Assembly: GCF_009914755.1 (NCBI RefSeq)
Contig: NC_060932.1
Length of the DNA: 64,000 bases
Source: the human T2T-CHM13v2.0 reference genome, Homo sapiens
Reading direction: 5' to 3' (one strand)
Part shown: one piece after another, positions 58,024-64,000 of the stretch
How positions within the stretch are numbered: position 1 is the first letter of the stretch
Layout: every line of letters starts with the position of its first letter
Program-made: the position numbers and the translations under genes
The notes under the pieces: model-generated
Database searches by the model: none
Seen by the model: the letters and a program-made list of their open reading frames with translations, nothing else
What the model was told of the DNA's origin: nothing

Positions 58024-60438
58024 CTGAGAAGAGGGGTGTGGGCTAAGAAGGGGGGACTGCAACCCGGGGTCCCACCTCTGGGGCAGGCTGGGGTCCCAGC
58101 CCAGAATAGTCAGCAACGGTGAGCCCAGGAGCCGCGTCCCTGGGCAGGGCTGACCGCGTGGCTGGGGCAGCCTTGGAGGGCACTCCGCTGGGCCCCCCAG
58201 GACGCTGCAGCACTGTCCCCGGCCGGTCCCCATCACAGCTCACAGGGCTGCCGTGGACGTGGTCACGTCTGCACTAGGCGAGACTGTGAAGTAGCATGAT
58301 GCCTGCCACTCTGCTGACTGTGTAAAGTCATCCCCAGGAAGAGCTGACAGCCACCAAGATGGGGGAAGGAGGGGCGTGAGTAGCAGGCACTGGAACTGAT
58401 GGGGCAGAACAGCCCCCTCGGGTGGAAAGGCTGGCTCCAGACCCCAGTGTGAGTGCTGGGCAGGGATTCTGAAACAAGGGACACCATGCAGGAGGCCCGG
58501 CCAGCTCTGCACTCCCCAGAGCTCAATCACCTGTCCCAAGCCAGAGACTGGCAGGGCGGAGGGGGCGTCTAGAAAGGAAAGGCACTCAGATAGCTCAGGC
58601 AGGGCAGAGGGGGGCGAGGAGACAGGGCCAGGACAGGCAGGGGCTTCTGGTTGGGCACAAGATGTACTTGAATCCCGAGCCTGGGGTTAACACGGGCAGA
58701 GGGAACCATGGGAAGAGCTGACTTCCAAGCCTGCGGCGGGCAACGGGACTGCTTCAAACCTCCACCCCCAGCAGCAGCCAGAAGCAGCGGAGGAGGCAGC
58801 ACAGTGGACACAGGCATTGCTCACCGCCCTCATCACAGACGGGGTCCCTGCAAAATCGAGGAGCTCTCAGTGTGGCCTCAGGGACAAACCCAGCCCTGTA
58901 CTGTTGGTTAAAAACACAGCTGAAATGGTAAGTAAGGGGCAGGCAAAGAGATGCCAGGCAAACACACGGGAGGCACAGGGAGGGGCTGCTCAGGCCGGGG
59001 GAGAAAGGGTGTGAGTTCAGAGCTGTCGAGCAGGCAGACGGATGCCGTCACCACAGAAGATGCTGTTTACAACGATGATACAGTCATCAACTGTAAGCGC
59101 TCAACAAGGAAGCAGCTAAACACAGAAAGCAAAGACTAGAAACGCGAGTGTCGTAAAAGCACAGTTACACAGGCAGACTTAGCTACGTCTCTTTCAGACT
59201 CACAGGACTAGCGGGACAAACAACAAACAAGGTGCCTGTCTTCTCAGTTTCTGAAATAACAAGTCAAAAAGCCACTGGGCAGGTCCAAGAGAGGCAGGGG
59301 TCCTGGCAGAGTGGGAAGCAAGGTCCCAGGTAGCCCGGCCTCTCATGTCAGAGAGAGCTGTTCAAACACAGAAAAGGCAGACCCGGGTGCTGACTCCGAC
59401 AGCCACTAGGAGCTCACCCTCTTCTACTGTTCCAAGAATAACCTTGGGAATGACCGGCATACCCTCCAGCTCTGGCCCCCAGGAGGTCCCGAGATGACAC
59501 CCCAAGAACGCTGGGTCCAGGGCCAGACCACAGCTTCTAAATGTCACTCTCCACTAAAAGGATCCAGCGCTCCTGAGAGAAAGGGGCGACTCCAGGGCTG
59601 GGCAGGGTATGGAGAGAAGCCCAGCACATCCTGGAGGCAGAAGGTGAGGGGCTGCTGAGAGAGGGGAGGTCGTGTCAGAATGCCTCAGGTCCTCAAGCCC
59701 CTTCCGTGGGCCAAGGCTGGGACAATTTGAGCCTCAAAATAAATTACGATGGTAAAAGGCTGTCGCCCATGAAATAAAATGGAAGCTCACTTGTTAATGA
59801 AATGGACTCCCTTGTGAGCCCACGTGAACAGGTAAGCAGACACACATAAACTGGGAGAAGGGAAGGCTCGGTGGCAGGAAGCTGCCTGATGAGTATGGCA
59901 GTGGTGGGTCAGGAATGTCGCCAACCACCTCGGGGCCCGCTCAGAACCATCAAGGTGCTGAGGCTCACAGGCGAAGCTGGATGAGAAACAGCCTATTATA
60001 TGCTCTCAAAGCACCTTCCTCACTTGCTGATTTCAAGGGGCAGGAGTAACTGCAGGGGGAAACCTGGCTGACCCCACGGTTCAGAGCATCACCAGTGAGC
60101 CCTGGTGGTAGGCACACAGACACGTGGTAGCTCCATGATAATCCCGGCCAAGATGCACACGCTGAAGCCTGTGAGGACATCAGACCCAGCGTGGGGGCAG
60201 TCACTGCAGGCAGGGCCTACGCCCAGCAGAAGCGTCAAGGTCAGAGAAATCAGCAAAGACAGAGGCACGCTCCGACCGAAGGAGACTAGAGGGATGCGGT
60301 GGCCAAGCCCCACAGGGATCGGGCCGCGCCCTTCCACGACGGAGCACGTCCCCGGCGCAGTGGGTGAGCCATGAATAGGGCTGAGTGTCAGAGGTTCTTT
60401 GTCCTGTTTTTGCAACTTTTCTCTAAGTTTAAAATTCA

Positions 60439-60780
<342 letters not shown>

Positions 60781-62253
60781 TTACCCTAAAAGCTAAAATG
60801 AGTCAGCCCAACTGTGTTATCAGCTTGGTAGCAAAACCACAGAATGATCTCAAGTGGCTGAGAACACAGGATGCGGACTGTACGTCCCAGGCAGGGTGAA
60901 CCCTCAGGAAGCAGCCGCCAGAACTCGGCCCCTCTCCACGCTCCTGCTCTCAGTTGTACCAGTGGTGTCACTGTTTTTGTTTTTTAGAGTCTGTCTTGCT
61001 CAGGCTGGACTCAAATTCCTGGGCTCGAGCGATCCTCCTGTTTCAGCCTCCTGAGTACCTGCGACTACAGGCCATGTGCCACCACACTCAGTTAATTTTG
61101 AAATTAAGGAATTAAGGAAAGATTTTATGAGAAAAAGTATAAAATTACAAAAGTTAGTAAAAACCCTACAATCTTAAATGAGTTAAATGTAACAGTACAA
61201 ACTCAGGATTTGTTCTCTTTCTGAAAACATCCACCTCTCAGCCTCCATCTGCTGCAGAGGCCACAGAGCAGCAAAGGCAGTGCCTGAGTCCTGAGCACGC
61301 CTGGCCCATGGTTATAGGAGCCCCACACCCAGCTCCCACCGAGAGGGGCCAGGTCCCACACAAAAATGTTGGAATCCAGGGCCGGGGCAGGAAGTACAAA
61401 GAATGCCCTGTCAAAGCAGCTGGGGAATGATGGGGTCATGCCACAGGGATGCGGGGTCTCGCTGCCTGATCAAGGGACATCAAGGGAACGCTGTGTTGAA
61501 ACCCATCAGGAAAATAAAGACTCATAAGTTCACGAAAACCCTAAAAACAGAAAGACACCTCAGGAACCACCTTTGGAAGATTCCAGGGCCCCAGCCTGTT
61601 ATTCTAAAAACTAACAAATGGAAGAACCAAGCATTTCATCTTCCTAGGTCTTTCCTGCAGGAGCTCACATCAGGACAGAAACAGAGCTAGTGATCTCTTC
61701 TTTACAGACATATCTACAGAAAAGTTAACAGCCAGAGATGCAGAGGGAAAGACTGAAGGATTCTTCCTGAGAGCGTAAATCGAGGAAATGCCAAAAGAAA
61801 GGGCAGTCTCTTCTGAAGTTTAATTTTTAATGGTGATGATGACAAGGGAGAGGTGGTCCTGACCAGTAGTCAGAAGCTGGCTCTGACAAGCCCATCAACA
61901 CACAGGACCCTGGTCAGCGTGACCAGGAGGAAGAGGATGCGGACAGCAGGGCCGAGGGGGAGGTGGCCGCAGAGGAGGGGCCCAGTGGGAGAGGACTTGC
62001 GTCCTCATGCCAAACACGCGGGGTAGCGGGCGAGTCTCTCAGACAGCGCACACCCACCTAGGTTTGCGCAGGGGTCGGCGCCGACCATGGCGAGGCAGGT
62101 CGTTACTGAATCAATCCTCTCGACCCCGAGAAGCAGGCACTGCGGGTGACCCATTGTACAGACGAGGAGACTGAGGAGTAAAGTCAAGGCCCGACAGCAA
62201 GTGAGGGCCAGGCTTAGATGGACTGTGCACGACCCCTAAAAATGCACCAGTCC

Positions 62254-62338
62254 TAGAAAGCAGGAGACGTAGGCTCTGACAGACAGACGTGGGCCGTAGA
62301 AAGCAGGAGACGTAGGCTCTGACAGACAAACACGGGCC
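62254..62338. repeat. 43-bp tandem duplication
   Basis: TAGAAAGCAGGAGACGTAGGCTCTGACAGACA... twice. Confidence 0.9.
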
Positions 62339-63086
62339 ACTGCTCCAGAGTGCTAGGGACATGCAGGCAGCTCCTGAGCCAATGCCAAGATGGGCTCGCA
62401 CAGTGAGAAGAAAGTTACAGAACCCAGTGGGCAAACCGATGCCCACAGGGCCAGGCAGACAGACACAGATGAGTCCAGTGGCCTGAGTTTCAGAAAAATG
62501 GGGAAGGGTCATGAATTGAAGCCCCCCCCCCACCCCACCCATGCTCTGGAGTCAGAAACACAGATGGACCTGTGGGAGCACCGGCCTGGCCGTGCCACGT
62601 CCTCTGAGCTTTCTGTGAGAAGCCAGGAAGCCAGACATGGCGTGGACTCCTGATGTGTGAGACCCCAGCTCCTCTCTCTCAAGCCCCAAGCCCGCTGATG
62701 AAACCTCCATGGGCTGAACCAACCCTACTTAGCAGATAAGAGGACTTCAGAAAACTCAACACCCGCTTCAGATAACAATTCTTACAGGTTATAAATAGAA
62801 ACAGCCCCCCCTCCATTTAAAAAATGTTGTAAGAGAGTCTACAGCAAACGTCACAGTACAAGATGAAAGTCCCTCAGAGCTGAGCACAAGACAAGCCCAC
62901 CTCCACAGGACCAGGGGCTCTGCGGGAGGGGACAAGGGAGAGGCCCGAAGGGGGAAGGGCGGCCAGGCTTCTGCCAGGGGGTGAAGCAGATTTACAAATC
63001 CAGGTGAGGATTTATAAGAATTACTAGGAAAGCAAGAGCCACCGGGGGACACCCTAGAGAAAAGCTCGACATAAAGATAACCCCAA

Positions 63087-63370
63087 GGCTGGGCGCAGGG
63101 CTCACGCCTGGAAGCCTAGCACTTTGAGAGGCCAAGGCAGGCAGGTCACTTGAGCCCAGGAGCTGAAGACCAGCCTAGGTAACATGACAAAACCCCGTTT
63201 CTACAGAAAACTTTAAAACAATGAGCCGGGTGTGGTGGCGCAGCTGTAGTCCCAGCTACTCGGGAGGCTGAGGTGGGAGGATCGCTTGAGCCCGGCAGGG
63301 CGAGCCTGCGGCGTGCAGCGACTGTGCCGCTACTCCAGCCTGGGCGACAGAGCGAGACCCTTTCTCAAAA
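63087..63370 (+). mobile_element. AluJ-like in SCRIB intron
   Basis: Diverged Alu dimer. Confidence 0.85.
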
Positions 63371-64000
63371 TATGTACATACATACACGTACGTGAAATCC
63401 CAGAATTCCAGTCGGTTTCTGCACAGAACTTGGCAGGTTCATTCGTAAGAGAAAACACATTGACAATAGAAACTTTTCAAGACAAGAAAAAGGAGTGGGT
63501 GACTTTGCCCATTAGGATTAGGCATGAAACCTGCTACAAAGTGAGGGATTTAAATGCGTGGCATTGGCCCAGAAGTAGCTCACAACTCACTGGGACCAAG
63601 TCCAGAAACAGGGCTTGGAGCCTACAGGAACTGAACACAATGAGGCCACATTTCCCCCAAATCACTGGGGAAGCGACAGACTGTTCAGTCAGTACTGTGC
63701 GGACAGCTATGCATCCAGTTACTTGCAAAGCAGTTCCAGGGCTGGGCATGGGGACATGGCTTGAGCGCAGGAGGCGGAGGCTGCAGTGAGCTGTGATTGT
63801 GTCACCACACTCCAGCCTAGGCGACAAGCGAGACCTCATCAAAGCAATTCCAGGTGGACCATGGAGCTATGTGTTGTTTAAACTTCCAGAAATACTAGAA
63901 GAAAACATGACAATGTTTTTGTAATCTTGCAGTAGGGAAGATCTTCCCAAGGAAAAAACCAGAATCCAGAAGTCATAAAGAACCCAGAAGACTTAATTTA

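Overview
Human genomic DNA (Alu/L1-rich with CpG islands), recognisable as the FAM83H - IQANK1 (FAM83H-AS1) - SCRIB locus on chr8q24.3. There are no prokaryotic elements or CRISPR arrays. + strand: 13 coding exons of IQANK1 (2296..53101; first exons lie left of the window), checked by hand to splice in frame at GT-AG sites. - strand: the last 13 coding exons of SCRIB (53656..58023), converging tail-to-tail with IQANK1, plus a 588-nt ATG-initiated coding exon (84..671) absent from the ORF track and most likely a long alternative first exon of FAM83H. The large IQANK1 introns hold a processed SPRING1/C12orf49 pseudogene, an ERVL pol remnant, old L1s, MaLR LTRs, DNA-transposon fossils, dozens of Alus and a 1.2-kb AT-rich repeat. 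Main hunting results: a dynein-heavy-chain AAA5-like C-terminal module in IQANK1, the hidden minus-strand exon, a candidate antisense transcript over the pseudogene, a donor-mimicking VNTR, and a mosaic AluY/AluYb8. Gene and repeat names come from recognition of sequence, not from database searches.
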